64,000 nucleotides of DNA, taken from the NCBI GenBank assembly GCA_028534125.1, contig CM052816.1:1364001-1428000 (forward strand), in the 5' to 3' direction. The notes below the pieces were generated by a model. The model saw only the letters and a program-made list of their open reading frames with translations, did no database searches and was not told the origin of the DNA. Positions 24,726 to 38,479 of the stretch are shown here, piece after piece. This DNA is from Lama glama. Taxonomy: Eukaryota. Within the stretch, counting starts at the first letter, position 1; each line of letters starts with the position of its first letter. Both the position numbers and the translations under genes were made by a program.

Positions 24726-25230
24726 TGTAATTAAGAACAAACCTGACTCCATATTGAAACTATTCTTTTAGCTGTAACCTTTGTGCTCAGTTGTCTGTGC
24801 TTAGTCTTGCTGGCTCTGGACCTTATGAGAAAGAACGTTGCCTGTAGCCTGAAATGTACAGGAGGAATGGCCCATTCTCGAGGATCTGACCTTTAAAGGA
24901 ATAACACTTTTCAATTAAAAAGTTGCAGAACAGAGAATAGCATTTGCCTTGTTGGAGGTTTGTAGGAACACTGTGACCAGACCGAAGCAGACAGCTGCAA
25001 GAACAAGGGATTCAGACACCAAGAAGTTTGCTACAGCCATCCTTCCTCCAATTTTAGTATAAAAGAAGCCTCAATTCTAACTCGGTAAATTGGTTCTTAG
25101 GGACACTAGTCCACCACCTTCTCAATCTGCTTGCTTTCTGAATAAAATCACTGTTCCTTGCCCCAACGACTTATCTCTCAATTTACTGGCCTGTCAAACA
25201 GCAAGCAATATGAGCTTGGACTTAGTAACA
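24726..25230 (+). mobile_element. Solo ERV LTR inserted into a hAT-Charlie (MER33/Charlie1-like) element
   Basis: TGTA...AACA termini, TATAAAA at 25058-25064 and AATAAA at 25141-25146. The flanks (about 24690-24725 and 25231-25670) join into a MER33/Charlie1-like sequence. Confidence 0.75.
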
Positions 25231-27514
25231 TGTATGATTTAAAATTTCTAGTAGCAGCATTAAAAACAGTAAAATAAGCAAAATTAATTTAAATAATTTA
25301 AGCCAATCTGTCCAAAATTTGAACATACAATCAATACAAAAATTATTAAGAGACTATTTTACATTTTCTTTTTCCTACTGAGTCTTTGGGATCATGTGTG
25401 CATTTACTGTTATAACACATCTCAATTTGGACATTACATTTCCATCAAAAATACTTGAATTAGTACTCAGATTTCATAAAATCTACAGTTGAAAAAGTAG
25501 ATTCATATAGCCAGGTTTTTCAAGTATACTTCCCAATGACTGAGTCAAATACCAGTTTTAAAATGTAAACTTAATTAAGATGAAATAAAATGAGGTTTGC
25601 ATGATTACACTAGTTACGTTTCAAATACTCAACAGCCACATTAAGCTAGTGTCTCTGTACCAGAGAAGACAGGCTTGGATTTTCCAGAACAACAGCTAAC
25701 TTTACATTCATACAGAACTGACACATGTCAGAGATTGTGACCATTAGCTTCCATCTGTCATTGTGGGTAATCCTTACGACAACCCTGGCCTCCCTACTTT
25801 CCATCCTTGTTTCCTATGATCCCCTCACTATGCAGTAACCAGACTGGTCTTTTAAACACATGAGTCCTGTACAAGTCTTAACCATTTTTATTGCTTCCCA
25901 GTCTGACTGGAATAAAATCTGAAACTCCCTGCCATGACCCATACAGCCCATGTGAGATGGTCTCTATCCGCCTCTCTGACCTCGTCTTGTACGTCTGTCC
26001 CTCTTGGACACTATACTATTCTCTGTTCCTAAATCACAATATTTTTCACATCTCCAGACCTTTCTGCTCAACGTTCCCTCTGCCTGATGCCATTAACAGC
26101 TCTTCCCGTGGTTTGCTCATTCTCATTCTGCAGGTTTTGCTCAATATCACTTAAGTAGCTGACTCTATTACATCACCCTGTCCCCTTCATATCATTTATC
26201 ACATCTATAACAACCTGAGTATTTATTTACTCCATTATTATAACTCCCTCAACTAGACTCCGAGAGCCACAAGGATTGAGAGCTTGTCTGTCTTCTTTGC
26301 TGTGAAATCCCTAGGGCCCAGCACAGTGCCTGGTGCAAAACGGACATTCAAATACTGTATAAATGGATGACATTGATAGGTATTATTATTACAAATGATA
26401 AGACTGATGCTCAGAGAGGTTAAACATTTTCCCCAACATCACACAGCTAGCAGAACAAAACAGGGACATAAAGCTGGGTCTAACCATGAAGTCTATGTTT
26501 TTCTAAAGAACAAAAGGACTGGGCAGATAATAGAAACCTTAACTATGAAAAGAAGGCTTAAGGCTTTGAAACTGATTTAAATCTATAAAACATACATGGA
26601 TTTATATTTGGCAGGAAAACTCAGCAGTTTTTCACTGTCAAGCAAATGGCCCAGATCCTGGTTAAGATGAGGCCTTTAATGCTGGTAATGGATGGATGAA
26701 GGTACCATATAAAATGGAGACTGATGGTCTTGGAGAGAGTCTTCCAGAAGACTGCCAAGGCAAGCATCCGGCACCCACTTACCCAAATGCCCAACTCCCA
26801 CTCTGCCCTTACCCTTGGTCATTTGGACCAAGAAAGGGAATTTGTGCCCCAACCACAAATGGAATGACTGAGCTAGCACATTTTTTCCCCCTGGGACTCA
26901 TCAGTTGGACCAAACAATTTTTTCTGAGTTAGGAAACATACTTCCAACCCTCACATTACTATATGAAATGTCAGTGCCCATTTTAAAGCATAAAGCATTG
27001 TGTCGGTGCTGTACCATCCATTGCAAGTTCAGGCAGTGGGCCAATTTTGGTCCAGCAGGTGGCAAGGGCAGGAGTCAGAAGGAAGAAGGGGACGTTTGCT
27101 GAATGCCAACTCAGTGTCACGCACAGTGCTGAACATGTTCGTCTGTCATTCCCCTCCCTGAATCCTCTCCGGCTCCTATCCGAAGGGGAAGGAAATCTTT
27201 TCATTCCAGAAAGAAGGCTGGTTTCTTTGTCATTCTCTGTTCAGGGCAAAGCAGCAGAAGCGAATATTGGGGGAGCTAAATAATCTACAAATTCCTCAGC
27301 AAGAAGCACTGTCCCAGGCTTCAGATCTCAGCTTGGAGGTCCTCTCTCTGGGGGCCCACACTGTAAAGGGAGAGCCTCTAACCACAACCCACTACCCCAG
27401 TTATTCCCTTTCCTAATGCTTCATTACATGAATCATGGCTCATTAAAAAATGATTTTCAATTACTTTACTTACCTCTTGTGTCTTCTGCTAGAGAGCCAG
27501 CACAGCAGTTTTAG

Positions 27515-27695
27515 AGCAGGAGTTGGCAAACTTTTCCTGTAAAGGGCCAAGGAGTAAATATTTTAGGTTCTGTGGGCCACACGGTCTCTGCTGCAACTGC
27601 TGGACCATGCACATGAATGAGAACATTTATGTTCCAATAAACCTTTATTTATAAAAAGACATTTATTTATAAAAGCAGCCGGTGGGCTGTAGTTA
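27515..27695. mobile_element. MER58A-like element
   Basis: caggagttggcaaacttttcctgtaaagggcca..gtaaatattttagg..tgtgggccacacggtctctg. Confidence 0.75.
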
Positions 27696-29044
27696 ACACG
27701 GATTGTGGGATCAGACTGGCCAAGACTGAATCCCAGCTCAGCCCCTGCCTAGGCTTTTAAACTTGGACAAATTTCTGAACCTCGATAAACTTCCAATTCT
27801 TTATCTGTAACGTACATGGGGTGACCGTATTTTCCTTCTAGAGTGATTGGGAAGCATAAATGAATTAACTATGTAAAATACTGAGAACAGAGCTTGTCTC
27901 TTAAAATTTTTTGATGTTATCAACATTAGTCTTTAAGTGTCACGAGGGCAGAGGCCATGTCAGTTGCATCTTGAGTGTCTGGCACAGTGCCTTCAAAAGT
28001 AGGCAGTCAAGGAACACTTGTGAACAAATGAATGACTAAATGTATGAAAAAAAAAGCAGCTTCCACTGTGCAAACCAGACATCCTTCCCAACAAACATAC
28101 TCCAGAGTGTTTCCATAAACCCTTGGGGAAACCGATCAAAATACCGGCTTGTTGGCTTTCTTGGCCAAGCTGACAAACTCTCAGGATCCTGTGTCTTTGA
28201 TTTTAAGACTGCGGAAGCATTAAGTAACACCCCAAACATAATTTGAGGTCCTTTCTAAAATATCATTTAACAAACAAAATATTTGTAGATATTTACTTGG
28301 CTATTTAAAACATTAATTATGGTCATCTCAGCAGATTTCTTGGATGAATAAATATTTAATAAGTATTCACAGATATCTTAAAGGTACAGATAATGAAAGA
28401 AACAAAACAACTTTCCCAACTTTCCTGTCATTTGTCCAATTATCCTGTATTTAGAGGTTACAGAGGGAACAACTGGTTGATCCATGATTTTTTTTTTCAA
28501 ACCATGGTATAGTGGCTTAAGTTTTTCAGAGCCTACAATAATTGGAGCTATATGACCCAATGGAGAAATCTCATTTTATCTCCTTGTGTTCTCAAGTGGT
28601 TCCATCCAAGTGCATTTAAGGTACAATTTCCTGTTCATTTGAATTTTATACTAGTTCAATCCCAATCAGGCACTAGGAAAATATACGGCTGTCTCAGGAC
28701 ACGTATCTAGAGATGACAGGAAAACATCGCATCTCTGGGAGACAGGTGTAAAGTTGAATAATTTTATAACCCTCATCATTTACGTAGCACTTCAGAGGCT
28801 GACTGTGTGTAACTGAACGTACATGAGCCCTGCTTCTGTGTGCGTGCTCACATGTAGTTCACACTGGTTCTCCTAGCAGCTCTTAACTAGATAAGGCAAG
28901 TCTTATTCCCATTTTACAGGAGAGAAAAATGAGGACATGGAGAGCCAAAGGGAGACTTGTTCAGGATGACCATGATAGCTAGTGACAGAGTTTCATTCAC
29001 AGCCAGAGGGACAAAGATATCTCATGTTCCGGAAGCTTTGTCTC

Positions 29045-29550
29045 ATGTGTCCCACGGACTCCTTTGGCAGTCTGCTGAAACCCATGGACCCCTTCTCAGA
29101 AAAATCTTTTTAAAGGCATAAAGCAAAATATACAGGGCTTTAAAGAAAATAAATTATATTGAAATACAATGACTAAAATGCTAAAAACAAAATCTGTAAG
29201 ATCTATCTAATATCTGCCTCTTCATTAACACATTAAATATGGTAGATCTAATAATGAACAAATTTGAAGCAGTCATGATCATAAATGATATTTCAACATA
29301 TCTGAATCAAGAATAATATGCTCTAAAATATCTGTGATTTCTTTTGGTGAAAAAGTCACAGGTTCTGCTAATATTACTGTGGTCTGTTGCATACGGTCAT
29401 AATGGGAGGAAATGCTAAATTGCAAGTAGAGGTTAGGGAAAATAAGAATGTAACCGTTTTCCCCATCCAAATTCACGACCTTCCTCCCTGAATGTTATCT
29501 GTGCTCCCCACAGGGAGGATCTGTGGACCTCAAGTTAAGGACTCCTTATC
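29045..29550. mobile_element. hAT-Charlie-like DNA transposon remnant
   Basis: cctttggcagtctg.tgaa.cccatggaccccttctcaga at one end and ggatctgtggacctcaagttaagga at the other. Confidence 0.55.
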
Positions 29551-30050
29551 TAGTCTGGTCCCTCCTAAAACAGACGAGGAAACTGGGGGCCAGAGAGGGA
29601 AAGTGAGTATCTAGGACTGCTCAGCTATATAATAGCAGGGATAAAACTAGGACCCAGGGGTTGAGACGGCCCTCCTTACAGGGCTGTTATGAAGAATAAA
29701 CATGATAATATATGCAAATGCTTAGCACAGTATCGGGCACTCAACAGCATCGTGCAGAAAACCTGGCCACGTGACACAGAAGTACACAGAGATGCGACTC
29801 TCTGGAAAGCTCCTTACATGAAAGGGGGACACGGTCAGCTGTATGTGCCTTTTGCCCTTGCACCTTTGCCTCTCCTGCCTGGCAGAGAGACATTACGGCC
29901 ACATTAGAAGGATGGTGCAGGCAGATGCTAGAGGGGACACGGGCCTCTTCTCGCAGTGTGGAGGGGTCATCCCAGCCCTGGGCCACCTACTTCCAGACTT
30001 CTCAAATGAGAGGGGGAAAAAAAATCTTCTGACTTGTTTAAGTCACTGTT

Positions 30051-30198
30051 TACTTATTTATTTTTGTTGGTTGCAGGGGAGGTGGTGGTGGTAATTAGGT
30101 TTATTTATTTATTTTTTTAATGGAGGTACTGGGAATCAAACCCAGGACCTTGTGCAGGCTAGGCCTGCACTCTACCAATGAGCTATACCCTCCCCGTC
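30051..30198 (-). mobile_element. Camelid-type tRNA-derived SINE inserted in an MLT1-like LTR
   Basis: Same family as above. TSD TAAG(T/C)CACTGTT at 30039-30050 and 30199-30210. Confidence 0.85.
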
Positions 30199-31249
30199 TA
30201 AGCCACTGTTATTCGTGTTCTGTTCTGTGCAGCCAACTCACTCACTGACACACACCTCTTGCTGGTTGGGTGGCTGACTCTCCCTGAGCCTCTCATCCAA
30301 AATGGCACCATCCGAGATTTTCCAGTGAGGACTGGGGGACACGGGACTCAGCGTGGTGCCTGGTCCAATTTCAAGTGCACAGTTAAAGGCAGCTGTTGTT
30401 ACGATCACTGTTTCAGTGCGTCGCGGCTCAGTGCTCTTTCTGCTATGTTGGCTCACAGCTTCAAAACCACACGCACAGCCTCATAATCCTGTCCACCCCT
30501 CAGCCCACCCCTCCCACTGCAGCTCTGGTACATGTGCCTCCCAAACAGCCTTGATTAGATGCTTATCATGTCTCATAGAAAGGAACAGTTTATGAAAACA
30601 CCGACAGAGGCAAAACACCTAATAATTAGTGGCTAGCAACCACAGACATGCAGACAATTAGGAGGTTTATATAAATTCAGGGGATGAAAGCAACGTCTCA
30701 TTTATTCCTCAGATTTCTTGCATGAGACCTTGAGATGTCATTTCTGCCAGTGGCGCTGACCTCACAGGAAGAATGTGGGACGAGAAGTGAGCGGAGAGGT
30801 TGTGGAGAGAGCTGTGAGGAACCTTCACACTCCAAATGCCCCTTCCCCCTGGCTCCCTTGGCCACTCTGCTGGACCTTTACCATCAGAGCTGGGGCCCCC
30901 TGGGAGGTCCCCTTAGCCTACAGTCTTGTCAGCAGGATGCTGGCACCCTTATCTTCCTTGGACATCACTTCCCCCCAATGCTGATGGACTGGGGACCACT
31001 TGGGATGCTAATGTTGTCCAACGTAGGCTTCCTTAGCCGTGGGAGTGAGGCACACGGCTCTCTACGCTCAGGACTGGTTGGGCCTCTGTAAGTGTACTGG
31101 GTAGGCTAAAACTTGGCATCTCTTTCAATTAATATCCTTCTATCATCATCATTTATTAAAATAATATCATTAAAAATACTCAGGTGGAAGAAACAGGACT
31201 AACTTGGAATCCCAGCACCACTCCCCGGAAGTGACACTAACAACAGTTA

Positions 31250-31600
31250 ACTCATACCAGCGTTTGTTGAAACCCTAACTCCCAGTGTGACTGTATTTGG
31301 TGATAGGGCCCATGAGGAGGTGACAAAGGTTAAATGAGATCATGAGGGTAGGGTCCTACCCCAACAAGACTGATGACCTTATAAGAAGAGGGGGAGACCC
31401 AGGGATGCACAGGCTCAGGGAAAGGGCGATGTGAGGACACGGGGAGAAGGCAGTCCCATGCGAGCCAAGGAGAGAGGCGCTGCAGAAGCCACCATTGCCA
31501 ACACCTTGATCTTAGACTCCCAGCCTCTGGAAATGTGAGAAAATACACTTCTGTTGTCTAAGTCACTCAGTCTGCGGTGGCCCCCTGAGCTGACTAATAC
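31250..31600 (+). mobile_element. MaLR LTR (MLT1A/B-like)
   Basis: gttgaaaccctaactcccagtgtgactgtatttgg..ccttataagaagagg..caccttgatcttagactcccagcctc..gtgagaaaatac..tgactaatac. Confidence 0.85.
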
Positions 31601-34089
31601 TCTGACTTCATTACATGAGTACATGAGCAGGACACTGTATCAGAATGTTTCATTGTGCTTTAACCTATTTCTTCCTTCCTCCTCTTGCCACTTCTTAGCG
31701 CTTGCCACTGCTTAGCTCAGGGGCGGCTGAGGTGCCCTTCCCCATTAGAGGTTTTCTTCACTTCCATTCCCACGAGCACTACATGGAAATATTTGCCCAC
31801 GTTCCCCTCAAAAGTATATAGTCCAACTTAAGACTTGTCTAGTGAGGATGAGGAGAAACGGATTTTCTATAAACACAAATGCATAGAAAGAGATCAACCA
31901 CTTGGCAGCGCCCACTTCCGCTGGCAAAACAAAATTAGTGTTCCAAGAAAAAGTATCTCTTATTGTTCCACATACTTATTCTCTTGTCAATTCTCTTTTG
32001 TGATTTTTCTGAATCAGACAACTCTCAGGGAGGCAGGTTAAAGGGTGCAAAATTAAGAGTATTTAACAAATTACCCAGTCCTTATAAACTACAGGTCCAC
32101 ACTATGCACGGTTTAGTTTCAAAATTTCAGTTATAGTGATCGCTGACTTTGTGAGGTTAACTCTAATTATTTCCGGCATATTTTAGTTCTACCCCACCCA
32201 CATGGTTCAACGGAATTAATCACTCTTTATCACCGGGCACTCAGGAAGAAAAGAAAAGAATTATTTTTCAGTGTGAACAACAAGGAAAAGCAAGAAACGA
32301 CATCAATTGTCTACTTCCCACTCCTTTCTTCTGACTTCAGGGCAGAAGACAGTGGGGCCTATTCTCTCACCCAAAGTTAACAGCTCCTCCTGGATCAGTG
32401 AGCAGAACCCGGGTCTCCCCTCTCCTGTGTCGGGGAGTTGAGAAGAGGGCTGGTTACAAGGACACGTGCTGATGGACGACTGTGATGACACCCACGAGCG
32501 GTCTCAGGGCTCAACAGGGACCCTCCCACACCTGACCGACCAGTCGTGTCCCTCTACCCGCCCATCTCTTCCAAGTTCCTCAACAGGACCGCTCTGTCCT
32601 AGGAGCTGAGTTTAGTTAAGAGGGTTTTTTTTGGGCTGGGTTCTGCTGGGGAGCTGTACAAAGTAATATCTTGATTTATGATACATTTTGAACCAAAATG
32701 TAATCGCTATTTGAACATCTTTTTTTTTTTTAAACTCTGTTTTTAAAGGGAGAAGAAACATTTGTGTGAGAATGTTCCCAGGCACAGGCAGGGTGAGAGC
32801 TTGAAGAAACATACTCTTTGCTGTGACTACTGATATTTGTTGACTCTAACCAAAACGTGTGCGCTGCACAGGGTTAAGTCTGTGTTAGGAAAGGGCGAAT
32901 TAAAAGAAAATTCCCATCAAGAACTGTCTTTTAGAGCAGGAATGAGACCAATTAACTTTTCCACTAATTTATCCCAGTGATGTTTTAGTATTTTTTATAG
33001 ACCCCCCTCTCCCCCAGGAAGCTACAGAGCTGGGTTGCCACTTACCAGCTGTTTACACTGAACTCCCAGGGCCCTCAAGGCATCAGTTTGAAGGACAGTG
33101 GGAACCCCTCAAAATGTTTTCTCTTATCTAGGAAGATTTTTCTAAAAACGAAAGCACAGAGAGTTGCTTTTATTGCATTTTAAATGAACAGCCCTTTAGA
33201 TCTTAGATTTAGAGCCGGTGTTCACTTCGGGGTTTCTTAGTAATCTCTGCTCTGAGGAGCTCCTTGGCTAGGATGAAGGATGAGAAGAAATTTAAGTGCT
33301 TGTGGAGGCTGCTTGGAGAGTTATCTTGACCTCACTTCTCGCAGGAGCGAATGCTGCCAGCAGCATCCTCTTGGGAGGATAACTGAGACCAGCAGTGTGG
33401 GCCCAGCTCATGCAGACCTCCTCGCAGAAGACTCTCTCACTCTGCGAGGATGAGGTGGGGCCCGGGAGGCAGTGAGACTGACTGGGTTGATAGATTCTTT
33501 TCACCATCATCTACCCCTTCCCCTGCTGAGGACTTCTGTGAGGGAGTCACGGAAGAGTCCCCAGTTACCCTCAGGTTCAGCTCAAAAGGCCTTGGACGAG
33601 AAGCCAGCTCCTGTCTCCTCAGCTTAAATTTCCAAACCACAGGCCTCCCTGGCTCCCTCCCCTTGCTCCATGACGCTGACACAGTGACAGGATGGGGGCA
33701 GCCGGGGGCCGGGACAATCCGAGTCCGAGCCAGAACTTTGTCCACAGCCTATAATTCCAAAGGTTTGATGGGCTATGGTTCCTGACAAGTAACAGCAGTT
33801 AACTGAACAGCGCGCTGTTTCCCAGACTTCAGCCATGAGCCAGCACAGCCACATCGTGGTGTGTGCTATTTCCACGGTCCTCTGTTATTTACGTATATTT
33901 AAAAGTAATTTCGCCACTTAATAAAATTCATTTTAAAATGAAAATTTTAGGTCATCTGCATAATTGAAATACTAGGGCCACTTGCTCTAAAGAGAAGTTT
34001 TCAGTAAAACAAAATAGTAATATTAAATTTGAGCTCTGAAGTTGCCTGTCTAAAGCTTTGTGCCCTGAGGCTTGCTAGCTCCCTCAAAC

Positions 34090-34123
34090 AAGAGAGGGAG
34101 GGAGGGGGGAGGGAGGGAGGGGG

Positions 34124-34163
<40 letters not shown>
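34090..34163. repeat. Compound (GGGA)n/G-run plus (GA)n homopurine tract
   Basis: 74 consecutive purines on the plus strand. Confidence 0.95.
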
Positions 34164-34165
<2 letters not shown>

Positions 34166-34409
34166 TTAGGGCTTTACTAACCCCAAAATGAGACTTCCAA
34201 TTTGATGTAATCAGAACGAGTGAAAGAGACTGAAAAGAGAGTACGTTCTCATTTTATGGTTTAATATCATTGCCTATTGAGTGTTTTACTTAAGCCAAGT
34301 GCAAAGTACACTAGCTGCACAGTTATGGCACCTTAAAAACAGGACCAGAAGGACATAATGAAATCAACTTCCTTCTTGCATTGATGAGGGGAGATGAGGA
34401 CAAGCTGCA

Positions 34410-35110
34410 TAATTTTTATTGGAGTAAAATACACATCACAGGAAATTTACTATTAGTGACATTTAGTATAGCCACAATGTTGTGCAACCATCATCTAGTT
34501 CCAGAACATTTTCATCACCCCAAAAAGACTCCCTCTACCCATGGTCAGTCATTCCACATTTCCCCCCACCCCCGTCCTCAGCCCTGGCAACCACTAATCT
34601 GCTTTCTGTCTCTGTGGATTTGGTGACTCCGGATACTTTATATAAATGGAATCACACAACGTATGGCCTTTGGTACTTGGCTTTGTTCACTCAGCATGAT
34701 GTTTTTCGGGTTCATCCGTCTTGTAGCATGTGTTAGTACTTTTCATTCCTTTTTATGGCTGAATAATATTCCACGGTATGGATATATCACATTTTGTTTA
34801 TCCATTCACACTGGGTTACTTCCACCTTTTGGCTATTGTGAATAGTGCTGCTATGAGCATTCACATACAAGTTTTTGTCTGAGTCCCTGTTTTCAGTTCT
34901 TTTGAGTATGGACCTAGGAGTGGAACCGTCAGGTCAAATGGTTATTCTATGTTTAAGTTATTGAGGAACTGTCAGTCAATTTCCCTGTACCGTTTTACAT
35001 TCCCACCAGCAATATACAAAGGTTTCAATTTCACCTCATCATTGTCATCACTTGTTATTTTCTGGGTTTCTGTTTTTGTTGCTGTTGTTGATTTAAATTA
35101 TAGCCATTTG
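34410..35110 (-). mobile_element. L1 3'-end fragment (L1MA/MB-like), antisense
   Basis: ccctggcaaccactaatctgctttctgtctctgtggattt..ttcattcctttttatggctgaataatattcc..ttttacattcccaccagcaat. Confidence 0.85.
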
Positions 35111-35879
35111 AGAGAGATGGACTAACTAAGAAACTCTGATGGAACACTACCTCTCTATTCCTTCTCTAATTCATTCTCCACCAGCAGCCAAAGTAATCTT
35201 TCCAAAATGCATGTCTGACCACATTACCCATGTTTTTTTATCACAGTCTCTTAGGATGGAGACAAAAAAACAAGCAAAGTCCGCCTGGCCCTGCATGGCC
35301 TGGTCCCTGCCTGCCTTTCAATCAGCACCATCTACCCTGCTCTTTCAGAAAGCATCCTCTTGCCAGAACCGTTGCGTGCCTCCGTCTGCCTGGGATGCTC
35401 CCTTCCCACTCCTTTGTAGCCCAGCTCAGGATTCATTCCCCCAGGAAAGCCACTCCTTAACATTTCCTCCTCCCCCAACTGGGCCAGGGGCCTGGTCCTC
35501 AGGAGCACTGAGCATCTCTCCTTTCTAAGACCTACCCCTGTCTGCAGTTACATATTTATTCATGTCATTATTTGACTCTGTGGCAGAACTCCACCTTCAC
35601 TCCGCTTGCAGAACAGAGTCAGCCAATGAAGCCATGGATGTTACTTGAACCGAGAGCACTTGTCTTCTCCGTCCCATTCAGTCCTCCCAACATAAGCCTT
35701 TCTCTGCATTCCTTTGCTCAAAGACCAACTTTTCTTCCCCAAAAGCCTCATAAAGCAAGCAGGGTTATCTGCTGGGTACACTTGCTTCTTGAATTAAAAA
35801 ATTACTTATCGGACAATAAAAAAACATAAACTATAGAATAAAAAAATTATAATTTGCACTTCATTGTAATTCAGTATGC

Positions 35880-37826
35880 CTGTTCTATAAAAGGCACCAT
35901 TAAGGAAATGAAAAAACAAGACATAAACTGGGAGAAAATATTTGCAAAGCATATATATATATATTAAAAGAATTTGACCTAAAATAAACTAAGAACTCTT
36001 ACAAGTCCATAAGAAGATTAAAAAGGAATAATAAAAATGAGCAAAAGATTTTGACATGTGACCAAAGAAGATATACAGATGATAAATAAGCACATAAAAG
36101 GATGTTTAATATTATTAGTCATTAGGGAAATGCAAGTTAAAGCCACAAGAGTGACTACACACCGACTAGGATGACTAAATTTGAAAAGACAAGCAATACT
36201 AGGTGTTGGGGAGAATATGGCACGTCTAGAAATCTCATTTTTTGGTAGGGATACAAGTGGTACATCACTTTTGGAAAACAGTTGGGCACTTTTTATATAG
36301 TTAACATACACTTGCCACACAACTCAGCAATCTCACTGCTAGGTATTTACGCAAGAGAAAGAAAAACACACACACACACACAAAGACCTGTATGCAAATG
36401 TTTATCGTTGCTTTATATTTAATACCCTAAAACTGGAAACAACCCAGTGTCCATAAACTAGGCAATTAATAAACAAATTGTGGTATAGCCATATAATGAA
36501 ATGTCACGCATCAATTAAAAGGAATGAATTACTGATACACGGGACAACATGGATGAAAAGCGCCACGCTAAGTGGACAAAGCCAGATACAGAAGGCCACA
36601 TACATATGAAAAAGTTTTGTGCTTCAGACACTGGAGAGAGCCCCAAGCAGCTCTCAAGAGCCCACTGTGAGAGACACAGTCTGAGGAAGGGAGTAAGAGT
36701 CGGTTCTCCCACATCTGGCTTTTCAGGGAGGACTTCACCTATATGGCAGTGAGATAAAAAAAAAATAGGGAAGAGCAATGGTTTCTAGGACTGAAAGCGG
36801 GAGGAGACTGACTGCAAGGGGCATAAGAGAACTTTTGGAGGTGCTGAAAGTCTTCTATATCTTGATTTTGGTGTTGGTTACATGACTGCATGCGTTTGTC
36901 AAAAGCTATCGAACCACACACTTCAAAAAAGAGTGAATTCTATTTTACAGAAAAGTAATGCAATAAAACTGACTTAAAAATTTACTTGAAATCCAACAAT
37001 AAAACAACTTCATTAAAAAAATGGGCAAACCCTTGGGCACTGTTGGTGGGAATGTAACATGGTACAATTGCTATGGAAAAGAGTATGGCAGTTCCTCAAA
37101 TAATGAGAATCACCATGTGATTCAGCAATTCCGTGTCTGGATATGTTTCTAAAGGAATTGAAAGCTGGGTCTTGAAGAGGTATTTTTTTTGGGGGGAGGA
37201 GGTAACATTTATATATTTTATTTATTATCATTATTATTTTTTTCTTTAATGGAGGTCCCAGGGATCAACCTATGACCTCATGCATGCTAAGCATGCACTC
37301 TACCACTGAGCTACACCCTCTCCCCCTTGAAGAGGTATTTAGACACCTATCTTCATAGCAGCATTATTCACAAAAGCCAAAAGATGGAAGCAACCCACAT
37401 GTCCATCAGTGAATAAATGGATAAATAAATTGTGGTATATGCATACAGTGGAATATTATTCAGCTTTAAAAAAGAAAGACAATTCTGGCATATGCTACAA
37501 CATGAATGAACCTTGAGGAAATTACATTAGGTGAAATAAACCAGTCTCTCACACACACACACAAATAACGTATATGGGGTATCTAGACTAGTCAAACCCA
37601 GAGAAACAGGAAGTAGAATGGTGATTGGCAGAGGTGGGGAAGTGGACGGTGGAAAAGAAGTTGTTGCTTAATTAGTACAGAGTTTCAGTTTTGCAAGATG
37701 AAAAAGTTCTGGAGATTGGTGCACAACAATGTGAAATGTGAATATATTTAATACCACTGAACTGTACACTTACAAATGGGTAAGATGGTAAATTCTGTTA
37801 TGCATATTTTACCACAATTAAAAAAA
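35880..37826 (+). mobile_element. Two adjacent old L1 3' fragments (the second carries a SINE)
   Basis: ORF2 C-terminal remnants and L1 3' UTR words, ending accactgaactgtacacttacaaatgg..ttttaccacaattaaaaaaaa. Confidence 0.8.
37186..37325 (-). mobile_element. Camelid-type tRNA-derived SINE inserted in an L1 3' region
   Basis: Same family. Perfect 15-bp TSD CTTGAAGAGGTATTT at 37171-37185 and 37326-37340. Confidence 0.9.
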
Positions 37827-38479
37827 ATCTTAGAGTACTTTAGGAATATATATACATATTATACATATATACATATTATATACAAAAAAGCCAAGCTAGA
37901 GAATCTATGAAATAAAAAAGAGAAAATCTTTCCTGCTCCTCTTTTCTATTTTTCCCCTAAAACATATCCTCATTCCCATTTCCTGCTGGGAATTAGATGT
38001 ACAAAAGATATAGCTTTAAAATGTACATAAATGGAATGAAGCTATATATATGGTTGGGTAATCTGCCTTTTCCATAGTGCCCACCTCATTTTAGAGATTT
38101 TCTCTGTCAGTATATATCGAGTGACCTCATTCTTTCTAACCCCCACACTGTATTCCACGGCATGGATGTGCATAATCTATTTAAGCATTTTTCCCTGGAT
38201 GGACAGTTACATCATTTCCATTTTTCCCTTTCTACAGACAATGTCTCAGTAAACATCCTTGTACATCACTGTGGGCTTGTAAGAATATCCCTGTGGGGCA
38301 GAGGTCTACAAGTACACTGCTGAAAGAATGTCCATTTAACATGTTTTAGATGTTGCCAAATCGCCCTCCAAAACCTCTGCACTAAGACCACCCCCAGCGC
38401 TGTAGGAGGTTGCCTTCGTGTTCACACTCTCAATAGATCATCAATTTAACAAATATTTTCTGCTGCGCTTTCAGAGGCC

